From Chiloscyllium plagiosum (lineage: Eukaryota): a stretch of DNA of 64,000 nucleotides. The stretch is from positions 9,654,930-9,718,929 of the forward strand of contig NC_057720.1 of the NCBI RefSeq assembly GCF_004010195.1, written 5' to 3'. Below, in pieces: positions 1 to 12,789 of the stretch. Position 1 is the stretch's first letter, and each line of letters begins with the position of its first letter. The translations under genes and the position numbers were made by a program. The notes under the pieces were generated by a model, which did not search any database, had not been told where the DNA came from, and worked only from the letters and a program-made list of their open reading frames with translations.

Positions 1-70
1 GGAATCGACCCGTTCACTCCCCCCCCTCACCGCGGGAATCGACCTGTTAACCCTGCCTCACCACGGGACA
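1..70. repeat. End of a ~33-bp GC-rich tandem repeat running off the window start
   Basis: ggaatcgacccgttcactcc...ctcaccgcg is followed by ggaatcgacctgttaaccc...ctcaccacggga; two diverged units are visible. Confidence 0.5.
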
Positions 71-929
71 TTTTCCTGATGAAAACCTACAGCTGCCTCC
101 CACTCCGTGTAACCATGGAACTGTAAGCTTCGTCAATGGGGTCTGAGGTCAACACTGAGTCTGTCTGTAGCTTCCCATTGGGATGATCCATCTCCTCCAT
201 GTCACTCACTCACCACTGAACACTGGTGTCAACAGCACTTGGTGAACATTGGGATCCCAGCAGCAGAGTGAGGAGACCATAAGCTGCTTATCACTACCTT
301 CTCTGGGACAATTAGGGATGGATAATTAGATACAATGCACACATCCCAAGAATTTTCATCTTTATTTGAGTAACAAATGATGGACTGCACATTATCAAAC
401 TTTCCAACAGTGATGCACTGCTAAAGGTGGATCAGAATTATTTTGAGATATCTTGAAGTTCTGAAAGTCCAATATAAATATTAATTCTTTGTATAAAATG
501 TGAATCCTCACACAAAATCAGATGATATCCACCTTTCTGCTTTCCTACCAAAGTTGCAAATATAACAGGGGACTATTCAATACACTCAGCTGCGACAGAG
601 AAATGCCAGATCGGTTTAATATCTCATTATTTTTCACACAGTAGTAGATCATTAGTGATAACTATTTAAAGATACTTAATGACCTTGAGTTTGGAAAATT
701 CATTTAAATGGAGACTGATAATCTGGAATTGTTAAGAGATATGTATGAGATAAGATATGCAATTTGTGAGGGCGAGCTGGGTTTTTTGAGCTAAGTTATT
801 TGGTCAGTTTTTCCTAAAACCAACTCCGGGAATGAAAGCTCAATTGAAGTTAGCATAATAATGAAAAAGAAAATCACTCCTGATAGCAGGATTCACCTCC
901 TGGACTCCACACGAGATGGAGGGTTCACC

Positions 930-1670
930 ATTGCAAAATATCTGGAGCAGGGGAATAAAGTTCTTAATTATCTGTGTAGGTTTCTCAATGGGTTTGACAG
1001 GGTATATGCTGAGACGGTGTTTCCTGTCATGGGAGAGTCTGGGACCAGAAGGCATTGTCTCAGCGTAATGGGGCATCAATTTAAAACTGAGGTAACGTGG
1101 AATTTCTTCTCTGAAAGGGTGGTGAGACTTTGGAATTCCTTGCCACAGACAGCTGCAAGGACAAAGTCCATAGAATTCCTGTGGAAACTGGCCATTCAGC
1201 CCAATAAGTCCACACTGACTGACTGAAGAGCATCCCACCCAGACCAATCCCTCTGCCCTATGCCTGCAACCTGGCACTTCCCATCACTAACACACCTCTC
1301 CTACACATCCTTGGACACTCTGGGGGCAATTTAGCTGGGCCAATCCACCTAACCTGTCCCGTATTGGACTGTGGGAGGAAACTGGAGCAGCCCGAGGAAA
1401 CTCATGCAGACACGGGGGAATATGCAAACTCCACACAGACAGTCACCTGAGGGTGGAATCGAGCCCAGGTCCCTGGCGCTGTGAGGCAGCAATGCTAACC
1501 ACTGAGCCACTATGCCACCCTTTGCATATTTAAGGCTGAGTAGGTCAAGAAATGAAGTATGAGGAAAAGGAAGGAAAGTGGATGTCAGGAAGATCACATC
1601 AGCCAAGATCCTACTGAATGGTGGAGCAGGCATGAGGGACTGAATGGCCTCCTCCTGTTTCTACTTCTTA
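930..1670 (+). mobile_element. CR1 LINE 3' end, split by a SINE
   Basis: Translation GFDRVYAETVFPVMGESGTRRH..FFSERVVRLWNSLP matches the CR1 ORF2 C-terminus; the tail resumes after 1520. Confidence 0.8.
1168..1520 (-). mobile_element. HE1-like tRNA-derived V-SINE
   Basis: Minus-strand head gtggctcagtggttagca...ggctcgattcc (A/B boxes), central gtgtggagtttgca block, CR1-like tail. Confidence 0.85.
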
Positions 1671-1710
1671 CGCTCTTATTTAACTGGCTCAAATGGCCCT
1701 TGGGTAGGAA

Positions 1711-1800
1711 TTTGGATTAGTGGTGCTGGAAGAGCACAGCAGTTCAGGCAGCATCCGAGGAGCAGCAAAAGCCCTTCATCAGGAATAAAGGCAGAGAGCC
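1711..1800 (-). mobile_element. Penelope-like pseudo-LTR fragment (family A)
   Basis: gtgctggaagagcacagcag..caggcagcatccgaggagcag..cccttcatcaggaat is shared with other family A copies. Confidence 0.7.
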
Positions 1801-1809
1801 TGAAGTACC

Positions 1810-2345
1810 ATCCACTACTTTCCCACTATCATCGACCTCATTACCTCCAGAGATTGCCCTCCCCAATGCCTCCAACCTCATAGTCTCCCAACCCCAGATA
1901 ACCCGTTTCTGCCTCCTTCCCAAAATGCACAAACCTGACTGTCCTGGTAGGCCCATCATAACAGCCTATTCCTGCCCCCACCGATCTCATTTCCTCCTAC
2001 CTTGACTCCATCTTCTCTCCCTTTGTCCTGGCCCTGCCCACAAACAGCTCGTTCTGCTGTAAAGCAGGTTTCGTTAATGCAAATTCGCTGTAACACAGCT
2101 GACGAATTGGGGACACTTTCTATGGTGTGAAATTTTAAAGCATGTATTAGTTACAATGAGATTTCGGCCCCACTAGTTTTAATGGTGGTGCTATTACATG
2201 ATTTTCTTATATCATGGGGCTGCATGAGAATGGGACTACTGCGTTATAGCAGAACTGGCAGTTAATTCACGGATCCTCTGATACTCTTTGCCATATTAAC
2301 AATTGCTAGTTCCCAGACCCCAACTGCTTTCTCTTCACCATAAGT
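1810..2345 (+). pseudogene. Decayed Penelope-like reverse transcriptase fragment, interrupted by a MITE
   Basis: Hand translation RFCLLPKMHKPDCPGRPIITAYSC..DLISSYLDSIFSPFV, then after the MITE IHGSSDTLCHINN.FPDPNCFLFT; resembles the PLE RT motif FYLLPKIHK..PGRPIVS. Confidence 0.8.
2045..2261. mobile_element. Tigger/pogo-like MITE
   Basis: Imperfect TIRs cagctcgttctgctgtaa / ttatagcagaactggcag; reverse-complement relative of 47750-47969. Confidence 0.65.
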
Positions 2346-2574
2346 CATCCATGTTAGCCTCCTCTCTCTTCACGGATGCTGCCTGACCCATTGTGATTTT
2401 CAGCATTTTGATGTTTTCACCACCTTCTGCAACACTGGCACCATTCCATAGCAGAAAGCAAGTAACAGGCACACCATCCTGCCATCTCTCCTCCTGACGG
2501 TTTTGTCTGTGTTTCCATTTATCCTCCTCTTGCAGCCCGCACATACTCCTATTGAGCAAGACTGTTTGATGGGC

Positions 2575-2690
2575 TGTTGTGGTGCAATGGTCGTGACCCT
2601 ACCTTTGCACCAAGAGGTAGATTTTCAAGTCCCAACTGGTCCAGAGGTGGCTCTTGAATTGTCTGGACAGGTTGATTGAAAGCATCTGAA
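2575..2690 (+). mobile_element. Short (~120 bp) tRNA-like SINE
   Basis: gtggtgcaatggt..ttcaagtcc head and ctggacaggttgatt end; related copies at 19320-19555 and ~42975-43060. Confidence 0.5.
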
Positions 2691-2701
2691 CTCAGCAAAT
2701 A

Positions 2702-2857
2702 CAAAGGAACTTCGATTATCCGAAGGACACAGGTTGGAAGCATTTTGTTTGGATAATTGAATTCCAGATAATCAAATGCCGGATAACATAGTTTACCGGT
2801 CTTGCCAGATAATCCGATATCCGGATAATCAAATGCCGGATAATCGAGGTTCCTCTG
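2702..2857. mobile_element. Tigger/pogo-like MITE with TA TSD
   Basis: TA-caaaggaacttcgattatccg ... cggataatcgaggttcctctg-TA; internal ggataat subrepeats. Confidence 0.85.
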
Positions 2858-3517
2858 TACTTGCAGTAAATCTGATCCTATTGTCCTGCCTCACTATGGA
2901 ATATTGCTCCAGATTTGACTCATTGCAACCCTTTACCAATTTACACACCTCAAAGAGCTTCCCCTTGGAGCTGGTTTTAGACAATGTAAAAGCAATTTTC
3001 ATCATTCCTGAAGAAATTCCTCGCATATTGTCCCGTGGGAAGAGCTGACCATGAGACCAACCACAGCTTTCTACTCTGAAAGGACAATTCTTAAAACCTA
3101 CTTCATTAAACTGCTGAAAAGTGAATACTCATCTTTCTATATAATTGATTGTCTATTTATGAGTGTATGTGCAGTTGTCTTCTATGTCTGTGGTTTTTCC
3201 AGCTGTCTGGATAAGAAGCTATCATTGAGAAGCTGTTGTGCGTGCACACAAACCCACAGGCTGCGGGACACCAGAGGGTGTGTGAATTGTAAATCTATTG
3301 TATTCAGATAAACAAAACATATGACTTGCATGGGAGACAGTGTTATTTGTTAACTCTGTTGGTGAGGGGGATAGGTTATGCTCAGCCATTCAAGACTGAG
3401 TGACTCTCGTTCTAACCCAGTGACACACATACCCCATGCACACAAAAAAAAACATTCAGGACAAAAAGCCATTGGATAGTGTGGCCCCAAACGGAGGTGG
3501 AAGTAACTTGTGAAATA

Positions 3518-3711
3518 ATAAAATGGGAGAAAGTGAGGACTGCAGATGCTGGAGATCAGAGTCGAAGAGTGTGGTGCTGGAAAAGCACAGCAGGTCAGGC
3601 AGCATCCAAGGAGGAGAGCTGACGTTTTGAGCTTAAGCTCTTCATCAGGAATGTTCATGATCCTCGGATTCTGCCTGACCGGCTGTGCTTTTCCAGCACC
3701 ACACTTTTTAC
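3518..3711. mobile_element. Palindromic PLE-derived element (family A)
   Basis: Inverted arms; TSD tgtgaaata at 3509-3517 and 3712-3720; decayed hammerhead on the minus strand with a GAGC/GCTC stem. Confidence 0.8.
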
Positions 3712-4399
3712 TGTGAAATATGAAGGTCCAAGAAATCAGATTATAAACACAAAAGGGTACATCAATGTTCTGACTGCATCCCTGAATCTAACTCTCATTG
3801 GCTATAAATAGTTTCAGGAGTTACTGACTTTGTGAGGCATGATATAAATGTGACTTCTTTCTTTCTCCGGATGTTAACGGCTTTCTCGGGAGGGAGCCAT
3901 GACTTCTGTAGTCTGTAGAATTGAAACGATCTTTTTTAGTTTGATCTAACATTCTTTTATGTAAAGCAAAGGGGGAGCGGGGCAATAACATGCAAGGAAT
4001 GTACAAGTATAAAGAGGAGGCTTTCATTTTTTCATGTGTAACCCTGTCACAGCACAGCGTGACAGCCTCAGTGTGACGACATTGCTTCTTCTGAAGTTTG
4101 AACTTTGCTGAACCGCCGATACAGAAACATATGCAAAACAGGCAACATTGCTTCAAATGTGAGTCAGGTAATTTTTTTTTATTGGTTGCACTAGACTTAA
4201 CCTCCCCCCCCCCCCCCCCAACCCACGCATTTCACGATCTCTACTTCAGCAAATATTGACAGTAGGTCCTCATTGATAGCATCTCACCATGTCCTTCATG
4301 CATGTCAATGGGAAAATGGACTATTTCTCTGGATTTAAGAATTGCAAGAATTTTTATTACTGGATTTAAAAGAAAGAAAGTAAAGAATTTTTAAAAAAA

Positions 4400-4965
4400 T
4401 TTGATTTGATTTATTATTATCACATGTATCGAGATACCATGAAAAGTATTGCTTTGTAGGCTAACCAGACAAATCATACCTTAGGTCAGAATGCAGAATA
4501 TAGTGTTACAGCTACAGAAAAGGTGCAGAGAAAGATCAACTTTAATATGTGAGAGGGGCATTCATAAGTCTGATAACAGTGGGGAAGAAACTGCTCCTTA
4601 ATCTCTTGCTACGTGTTTTCAAAGTTTTGTATCTTCTGCCCAATGGAAGAGGGTAGAGGCAGTATAGTCTGCATGAGAGGGGTCTTTGATTATGTTGGCT
4701 GCTTTCCCAAGGCAACGGTTCACAATTCTGTGTAGATTTTTGTGGTATTGAGCAGAGCAGTTGCCGTACCGAGTTGTGATGAACCAGCTAGAATCCTTTC
4801 TGTGGTGGATCTAAAACAACTAAGACTCATTGTGGACATTCCAAATTTGCTTAGCCTCCTGAGGAAGTAGAAGCATTGATGTGCTTTCTGGGTGGTAGCA
4901 TTGGCATGGATGGAATAGGGCAGATCTTTGGTGACATTTACTCCGAGGAACTTGAATTGATGAAA
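4400..4965 (-). mobile_element. Rex1/Babar-type LINE 3' end
   Basis: FKFLGVNVTKDL..KAHQCFYFLRRLSKFGMS..TERILAG; tail catgtgataataataaatcaaatcaaa on the minus strand. Confidence 0.8.
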
Positions 4966-5620
4966 TGACATTAGCAGCAGGTGGTGCAATGTTGGAAGTG
5001 CAGGAATCAGCATTTGCTGGTGCAGACTTGATTGGCTGGATGGCCTTCTTCCATACTGTAATGATCGTATAATCCTGTGAAGTTCCCATCAGTAGCAATG
5101 AGAAAATCGGATATATTGATATCGATTGAGGGACAAATATTGGCTCGAGCAAATGAATAGGACGTTTCCAATGCTTCTGCAATCTCATATCCTGGCATCA
5201 CCTAAAGACCCTGATTTTAACCTCTCACTGAGGGCAGATTATAGGATAGATGCCAGAGGTAGTTTCTTTACTCAGAGTAGTAGGGGCGTGGAACACACTA
5301 CCTAGAACAGTTGTAGACTCGCCAACTTTAACGGTATTTAAATGGTCATTGGATAGGCATATGGACGAGAATGGAATAGTGTAGGTTAAATGGGCTTCAG
5401 ATTGGTTCCACAGGGTAGTGCAGCATTGAGGGCCAAAGGGCCTGTACTGCGCTGTAATTTTTTATGTTCTAAATTCCATGAGTGACAGCACATCCAAATA
5501 TGAAGCACTCCCTCAGTACCTCACTGGAGTTTCAGCCTCAGCGTTTGTGATCAACTATAAGACTTGAATCTGCATTCCTCTGATTTTGAGACAAAAAACA
5601 TATCTACTTAAACCTTCTAG
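4965..5620 (-). mobile_element. Deu-domain (SacSINE1/AmnSINE-like) SINE interrupted by a CR1 3' tail (5230-5470, +)
   Basis: Minus strand reads ggctgaaactccagtgaggtactgagggagtgct, resembling the Deu core; CR1 motif tttctttactcagagtagtaggggcgtggaac lies inside. Confidence 0.55.
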
Positions 5621-6097
5621 ACACTCCGTGCTTGCGTTAAAGTCAATCTGTCTGCTGTACAGAACCTTCATTGTCAGCCATGATTCAGGGAATTCAGTCC
5701 GACTGGGCAGAATTAATTGTTTGCTCAAGTTCCATTCTTATAGGCTTGTGTACAATCCAGGCCAATTCTATAGTGTAGACAGAGGGAATGCAGCACACCC
5801 TGACTAGCCAGTGGAAAATGGGTGAGAATGGAAGCCCCGACAGAAGATAACAGACCCTGATGATAGGGCTTCGCAGTGGAATTTAATTACATTCTGTACC
5901 CTGTAATATTGCTCCAAAGAAGCCCAAGGAATGACTCATCTTTCCATGTGGTATTGACTTCAAATCAATTTTGGATTATAACACCTATTCCCATTTGCTC
6001 AGGCAGTGCCATTCAGACCTCCTCTGGACCCACATTCATTTCTTTATTGTCGCATTGTCACTTTTGTCATTTAGTCACTCCTTTCATTCTTTGCACC

Positions 6098-6790
6098 TGT
6101 TACGACATGGGATAAGCTCTCCTCATTAATTTAAAACCAACAACACAGAAGAGATTTCAGTAATCTGAAAATTTCTATAGGCTATGAACTAGCTGAAGTA
6201 AAAATGAACAACTTTATTTCTTAAAGTATAACAGAGAATAGTTAACTAATAATTGTTTACAATTCCTTACTCTAACCTATCTTTTATGCTCCCTTCTATA
6301 ATACTAGTCTGATAAAACTCCTAATTAAGATTTACAAAACAATACTTCTTATCTCAAAACCAGGCAGCTTTCAGTTTTCTCTGTATTCCTGTCTTCTTTT
6401 CTTTGTGGGGATTTTGCTTCACGGGTTACTGATCGATAAAGTTACGGTTTCAGAGAGCTATTTTTCAGGCAGTCTTTTTATACGCTGGTGGCTTGGCAGT
6501 TCTCCTCTCAACAGTTCGATTTCCCCCGGTCTTACACCCCACAAAGCATCCGGTTGTGTCATTGGCTTTTAAGATTGTCAATGAACTAAATTCAAACTGG
6601 ATTGGAGTTTGGTATTTTTCGGGGTATAATTTAAACTGACTGGTCTAATTTGAATCTATTTTGTCATTTCCAGGCAACCAGTGAATTAGAATTGTTCGAC
6701 CAAATGTTACATTATTTTTTTTCCAGAATGCTTGGTTCTGTCAGGTAGTTCTGTTACTTTTAAGTACAGTACACCCACATCTTCATAACA
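6098..6790 (-). mobile_element. Solo LTR, 693 bp
   Basis: Termini tgttacga...tcataaca (TG..CA, inverted), exact 4-bp TSD cacc on both sides, minus-strand AATAAA near 6215. Confidence 0.8.
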
Positions 6791-7244
6791 CACCAAACCT
6801 TCCAATCACCCCTTCCCTGGCTCTGTAACTAGCTTGAATCTCTCAGTCCTCCAAGTTCTAATGCAACGTTCTTGTTCTGCTATCTTCTCTCTTTAGAGAG
6901 GCCAAACCTGCTGAGCAACCCCAACCTGGACAGTGCTTGGCTTTTTCCTTTTGAGTCAGAGTTGCTAACAATTTCAGAGTTGGGTGAAGAGGAATTTTCA
7001 CCTTCTATTTCACTGATAAGATTGTCACCAACTACACCTCTTTAAGACTTGCCTGAAATTGACCCAAAACGAGTGCTCACAATCTTAACTCTTGCTAGCT
7101 TTCAAACACCTATGTTGCTGTAGCAACAGAAAGGTTTTGTGTGCATTTTAAGAGTGTTTTTTTTCTAAAAGCCTCCTTACAATGTAATACAAGTACAATA
7201 TTCTTGCCTCAGTGAAAGATGCGGCAGTGTGCTTTTTGTTACTC

Positions 7245-8410
7245 ATATGTGGGTACTGCTGGCTATCCAGCAGTTATTGCCCATCCCTAGTGGCCTTTGA
7301 GAGGATGATGGTGAGCTGCCTTCTTGAACCGTTGCAGTCCACCTGCTGTTTTTTGACTCACGATGTCATGAGGGATGGAGTTCCAGGAGTTAGACCCAGC
7401 AATACTGAAGGAACAGTGATATATTTCCAAGTCAGGATGGTGAGTGACTTGGAGGGGAACTTGTGAGTGGTGGTATTCCCATGTATCTGCTGCCCTTGTT
7501 CTTCTAGATAGAAGTGGTCATGGTTTGTAAGGTTCAGTCTAAAGATCTTTGGTGAGTTTCTGGTAGATAGTACACTCTGCTGTACTGAGCATCGGTGGTG
7601 GAGGGAGTGGATGCTTGTGGATGTAGTGCTAGTCAAGTGGGCTGCTTTGTCCTGAATGGTGTCAAGCTTCTTGAGTGTTGTTTGAGGTGCACCCATCCAG
7701 GCAAGTGGGGAATATTCCATCACACTCCTGACTTGAGCCTTGTAGATGGTGGACAGGCTTTGGAGGTGAGTTACTCACCACAGTATTCCTAGCTTCTGAC
7801 CTGCTCTTATAGCCATTGTGTTTAGGTGGTGAGTCCAATTGAGTTTTTGATCAATGGTAATTGCAAGGATGTTGATAGTGGAGGGTTTAGTGATGGTAAA
7901 ACCACTGAGTATAAAGGACGGTGGTCAGATTGCCTCTTAATGGAGATAATCAATGCCCAGTATTTCTGCGGTGCGAATGTTACTTGCCACTTGTGAACCC
8001 AAAGCTGGACATTATCTGTTAGATATGTGGCCTTGATGTTAAGGGCTGTCATTCTCACCTCACCTCTGGAATTCAGCTCTTTTGTCCATATTTGAACCAA
8101 AGCTGCACTGCAGTCAGGAGCTGATTAGCCCTGGCGGAACCCAAACTCAGCGTCACTGAGCAGGTTCTTGCTGAGCAGGTGCTACATGATAACAATGTCA
8201 ATTATAGATCAGTGGAGCTGCTGCTGAGGACCTTTCGATCATAGACATTGAAATCCCTCACCCAGAGTACATTTTGCAGCCTTACTATCCTCTGTGCTTC
8301 TTCCAAGTTCTGTAAAATGTGGAGGAGTACTGATTCATCAGCGGAGAGAGGATGGTACATGACAATCACAAGAAAGATTCGTGCCCATGTTTAACCCCAG
8401 GCCATGAGAC
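7245..8410 (-). mobile_element. L2/Crack-type (CR1 group) LINE ORF2 3' part with tail
   Basis: MEYSPLAWMGAPQTTLKKLDTIQDKAAHL; WQVTFAPQK; tail ctagggatgggcaataactgctgg. Confidence 0.8.
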
Positions 8411-8541
8411 TTTGAATCATTGAGTTATGCAGCACGGAAACAGGCCCTTCAGTCCAACTCGCCTGTGCCGATCAGACATCCCAACCTGACCTAACCCTAT
8501 TTTCCAGCATTTGGCCCATATCCCTCTGTATATTTATGATA

Positions 8542-9255
8542 CGGAACAACCTCAGTTATCCGAACATCAATTATTGGAATTTTGGATTATCCGAACAAGA
8601 TCTTAAGGTCCCGTAAAAATGTTACAGCAAAGAGGTGTTACCGACTCTGGTGTTACCAACACCTCCTCCAGTCCCCACGAATGAAGCTATTGACAGTTTG
8701 TGACTTCTCATGGAGTGATATGAAGCAGGCGGTAAGAGCAGTTTGGGGCTGAGAGGAGCGACAGATGTATAATAACATGAATAATATTTACCTCGGTTGC
8801 TGTTGTTATGAGCAGTTGTTGGTGGGTAACAGTTGCCAGGACGACGGTGCTCTATTCACAAGGCAACAGTTGCTGTAACTGAAGCTGCTGCCACCCGCTT
8901 GCCCATGGGCACACTCCCTCCCTCCTGCGGTCCATCTGCAAGCCCTCCAATTGCCTGATGGCAGGAAATGGGCCGTCAGTGTCCTCACACACACAGCACT
9001 GTGACTGCCCAGCACTCACCCTTTGATCCTCGCACGATTTAAGAAGCCCTTGTGTGTGAATCCTGCCTGGTGCCCCCTTTTTGTTCTGTTTCCTAACATT
9101 AATTATCCGGATCTGTGTGCAGTGTGTACCTCTCTCTTCTCAACCTTTCTCTGTCCTCCATTTCTACCTTCACAGCACAATCAGTTATCCAAACAATCAG
9201 TTATCCGAACAAAATACTCCCTGCCCATTTCGTTCGGATAATTGAGGTTGTGCTG
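8542..9255. mobile_element. Non-autonomous Tigger/pogo-like DNA transposon
   Basis: TIRs cggaacaacctcagttatccgaac / gttcggataattgaggttgtgctg, related to the TIRs of 2702-2857. Confidence 0.75.
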
Positions 9256-9479
9256 CACATATAACCATCCAGAGCTGTACCTCTGCAATGAGATCAAGAT
9301 AATATGCAGCCAATGATTTAATTGAGCTTAACACGCAAACACACACAAATTCCTTCCCAGACCACACAAAGTCTCATCTAATCAAGTTTATTTTTATATT
9401 TGACTACATTGTCAAACCTATTAAGGTCGGTAATAACAGTAATGACCTCAATTCAAGCTGCAACAAAGTTTCAACCTCA

Positions 9480-9900
9480 GATGAATAGACTGTCCTCTGT
9501 GGAGAGATTAAATAGAATGAATCAATAATCTCCGGAGTTGATAAGAATGAGACATAATTTGATTGAAATTCACACATTTCTTGGATCACTTGACAGGATC
9601 ATTGCCAAGGGACTATTTTCCCAGAATGGAGAGTGTATGAGATATGGGGCTGGCCATTTTGCACCGAGATGAAGAGAAATGTCATCATTCAGCAGGCAAT
9701 AAATGTCCTCCAGAAATCTGTGGATCTTCCCAAGTTGAGGACGTAGAAGCATGGGATTGACAGAGTTTTGGTCAATATGGTATTGTGTGGTATGAGAACA
9801 GACTGGGAATTAGAGTTGACATAGAAGCCATTGCCTTATTTAATAGTGGACCACTTTTAATGGGGAATATCGACTAGCCCAGTTACAATTTCTTACTTTC
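9480..9900 (+). mobile_element. Old decayed CR1 3' end
   Basis: Degenerate gagatgaagagaaat..tgtggatcttcc motifs and CR1-like tail. Confidence 0.5.
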
Positions 9901-10095
9901 TAAATTTCTGAACTGAGCAGAATGGGATAACAAAGGAAAATCAGGCATTGGCATGGGCATAGAGGAGCTTTCCTTGGTAACTGCTTCCATGGTAACAGTT
10001 CTCTCCCTTAATGTTTTGACCTTCTACCCTTTAAATCCACCTTTTCCTCTCTCTTCAAAATACCTCCTTGGCACCATTGGCTTTGTAAATGTTGG

Positions 10096-10216
10096 AGGAG
10101 AAAGTGAGGTTTGGCAGATGCTGGAGATCAAAGTTGAAACTTTATTGCTGGAACAGCACAGCAGGTCAGGCAGCATCCAGGGAACAGGAGACTCGACGTT
10201 TCGGGCACAGGCCTTT
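10096..10216 (-). mobile_element. PLE pseudo-LTR fragment (family A), truncated inside the hammerhead
   Basis: ggagaaagtgagg..cagatgctggagatc..tcgacgtttcgggcacaggcc. Confidence 0.8.
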
Positions 10217-10486
10217 TCCTCTCTAACACCTTAAATGTGTTGCTATCTGCCAGATCCATGGTTATCCTTTCTGAACATCCATGTGTGAATCCCACCTGTT
10301 AAGTTTTACCCCCTATCACAGTACTGGAGCAGATCTTAGTTTCAAATCACATATGGCTTTCATGTCTGTGCCAAAGATAAACCTTCCCTCTTTGTTCTTC
10401 TGTCTGTAACCTTTGCTTGCCTTACAGTTACAACACTGGCATCTACTCAACAATGTGGAAAATTGCTTGGGTATGTCCTGTAGATA

Positions 10487-10805
10487 ATCATAGAATCCCT
10501 ACAGTATGGAAACAGGCCCAACAAGTCCACACCAACCCTCTGATGAGTGATCCACCCAGACCCATTCCCTTATATTTACACCTGACTAATGCACTAACCT
10601 ACACATCCCTTAACACTATGGAAAATATAGCATGGCCAATTCACCTAACCTGCACATCTTTGGACTGTGGGAGGGAACCGGAGCAAACGTGTGCAGACAT
10701 GGGGAGAATGTGCAAACTCCACACAGACAGTTGCCAAAGGCTGGAATCGTACCCTGGTCCCTGGCGCTGTGAGGCATCAGTGCTAACCACTGAGCCACTG
10801 TGCCG
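10487..10805 (-). mobile_element. HE1-like V-SINE
   Basis: Same head, core and tail as other copies. Confidence 0.85.
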
Positions 10806-11009
10806 GTGGTTGGACAAATCCAAACTGGCCAATTACCAACCCATCAGTCGACCCTCAATCATCAGTAAAGTGATGGAAGGTGTCATCAACAGGGCTATCA
10901 AGCAGCACCTGCTCAGCAATAACCTGTTCAGTGATGCCCAGTTTGGGTTCCGCCAGGGTCACTCAGCTCCTGCCCTTATTCCAGCCTTGGATTGATGTGG
11001 ATGAAAGAG

Positions 11010-11355
11010 GGGAGGCGATAGTATTATCACTTGCCTGTTAATCCACAAACTCAGATAATGTTCTGGGGAGTCAGGTTCGAATCCCACCATAGCAGGCGAT
11101 AGAATATGAATTTAATATGGAAAACATTCTGGAATTAAGAGTCTAATGATGACCATGACATTATTGTTGGGAAAAACCCATCTGGTTCACTAATGTCCTT
11201 TAGGGAAGGAAAATGTCATCCTTACCTGATCTGGCCTACATGTGACTCCAGACACATAGCAATGTGGTTGACTCTGAACCTCCCTCTGGGTAATTAGGGA
11301 CAGGCAGTAGATGCTGGCCTAGTCAGCAAGGCCTTTATCCTATGAATAAATTTTT
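11010..11355 (+). mobile_element. tRNA-derived SINE with L2-type tail
   Basis: B box ggttcgaatccc; body aaaaacccatctggttcactaatgtcctttaggg; tail matches the L2 3' end seen at 7245 and 41200. Confidence 0.75.
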
Positions 11356-11794
11356 AAAAAGAGCTCCATTCCAGAGATGAGATGAGAATGGCAGCCCCTG
11401 ACATCAAGGCAGCAATTGACCAAGTGTAGCACCAAGGACCCCAAGCAAAACTGGAATCAATGGTCGTCAGGGGGCAAACTCTCTGCTGGTTGGAGTCATA
11501 TCTGGCACATAAGAAGATAGTTGTCACTTCAGAGGTCAGTCGTCTCAGCTCCAGGCCAAGTGAATCATTGTCAATGTGAAACATAAGAGAGGAGATGTCA
11601 TTCAAAACTTGTTTCCCAGTCAACACCACTGACAATTAAATTAAATCATTTATTTCATTCTTGCTGCACTCAAAATAACTGCAGTGTGAAACCACATAAG
11701 TACACATGTGGTAGAATTGGAAAAGTCACAGGAATGGAGTGGTGAATGCTATTGTAGAGCTTGGAAATCAAGGATGGAGGCTTAATGGTTGAGG

Positions 11795-12006
11795 AGAAAG
11801 TGAGGGCTGCAGATGCTGGAGATCAGAGCTGAAAATATGTTGCTGGAAAAGCGCAGCAGGTCAGGCAGCATCCAAGGAGCAGGAGAATCGACGTTTCGGG
11901 CATAAGCCCTGCTTCAGGAATCAGATTCTTCAGATGCCCGAAACGTCGATTCTCCTGTTCCTTGGATGCTGCCTGACCTGCTGCGCTTTTCCAGCAACAT
12001 ATTTTC
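11795..12006. mobile_element. Palindromic PLE-derived element (family A)
   Basis: Near-perfect inverted arms; 16-bp TSD ggcttaatggttgagg at 11779-11794 and 12007-12022. Confidence 0.9.
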
Positions 12007-12789
12007 GGCTTAATGGTTGAGGCATGGTTGAGCCAGGAGTCGCTATGCATCAGCAAGAACTTCCCTGTTCATTCCCCTCCAAGCCACTCACCATCCTGAC
12101 TTGGAAATATATCAGCATTTCTTCAGAGGTGTTGGATTAAAATCCTGGAACTCCCTACCCAACGTCATTGTGGGTGTACCCACAGCAACTTGATGGTCGC
12201 GCATCAGCAAGATCAAAGGGTATTGGTGAACAGCAAGCAATGAGGGTTATGATGCGGATAGCACAGTGATGAATGAACTCAATTTGATGGAGGAGACCAA
12301 CTGAGAGAAGTGGAGATTGTTCTGGCTTAATAGAAAATCACTGTGCAGACACATTCCCACCAAAGGACTTCAGAGCCGGATCATGCTTTTGTGTTACAAA
12401 CATGGAGAATGCTGGAGAAACTCAGCGGGTCTGGCAGCATCTTTGTGGAAAAGAAACAGAGTTAATATTTTGAGTCTGGTATGACTATTCATCTTCACAT
12501 TCGATATTGTCCACAAGGGGACAATATGAGACTCAGGTACAAATGGTCAGCCACAACAAATAACAGAGAGGGAGTAAAAATCCATGACCTTCTAGTGTTT
12601 ATGGTAAACTCCATTGACATAGAAAAGATTCCTTGGATTCTCATATGTTTATTTGAAGTTTTCATACTGTAAGTAAGTTCCGAGGAGAAAGTGAGGACTG
12701 CAGATGCTGTTCCTCCAGCTGTTGCCATAACAGCTCACAATATAATAAGCAAAAATGAAGGCCAACTACCTGGTAAACCCAAAACCTCA

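Larger units (their letters stand above)
10415..11560 (+). mobile_element. L2/Crack-type LINE RT fragment with two nested SINEs
   Basis: TGIYSTMWKIAWVCPV / DKSKLANYQPIS..IISKVMEGVINRAIKQHL..AQFGFRQGHSA; continues at 11360 with ALDIKAA-like sequence. Confidence 0.8.

Noticed and set aside
3002..3025. Hammerhead-like cattcctgaagaa
   Set aside because: No stem II and no downstream GAAA/NUH arrangement; a chance match.
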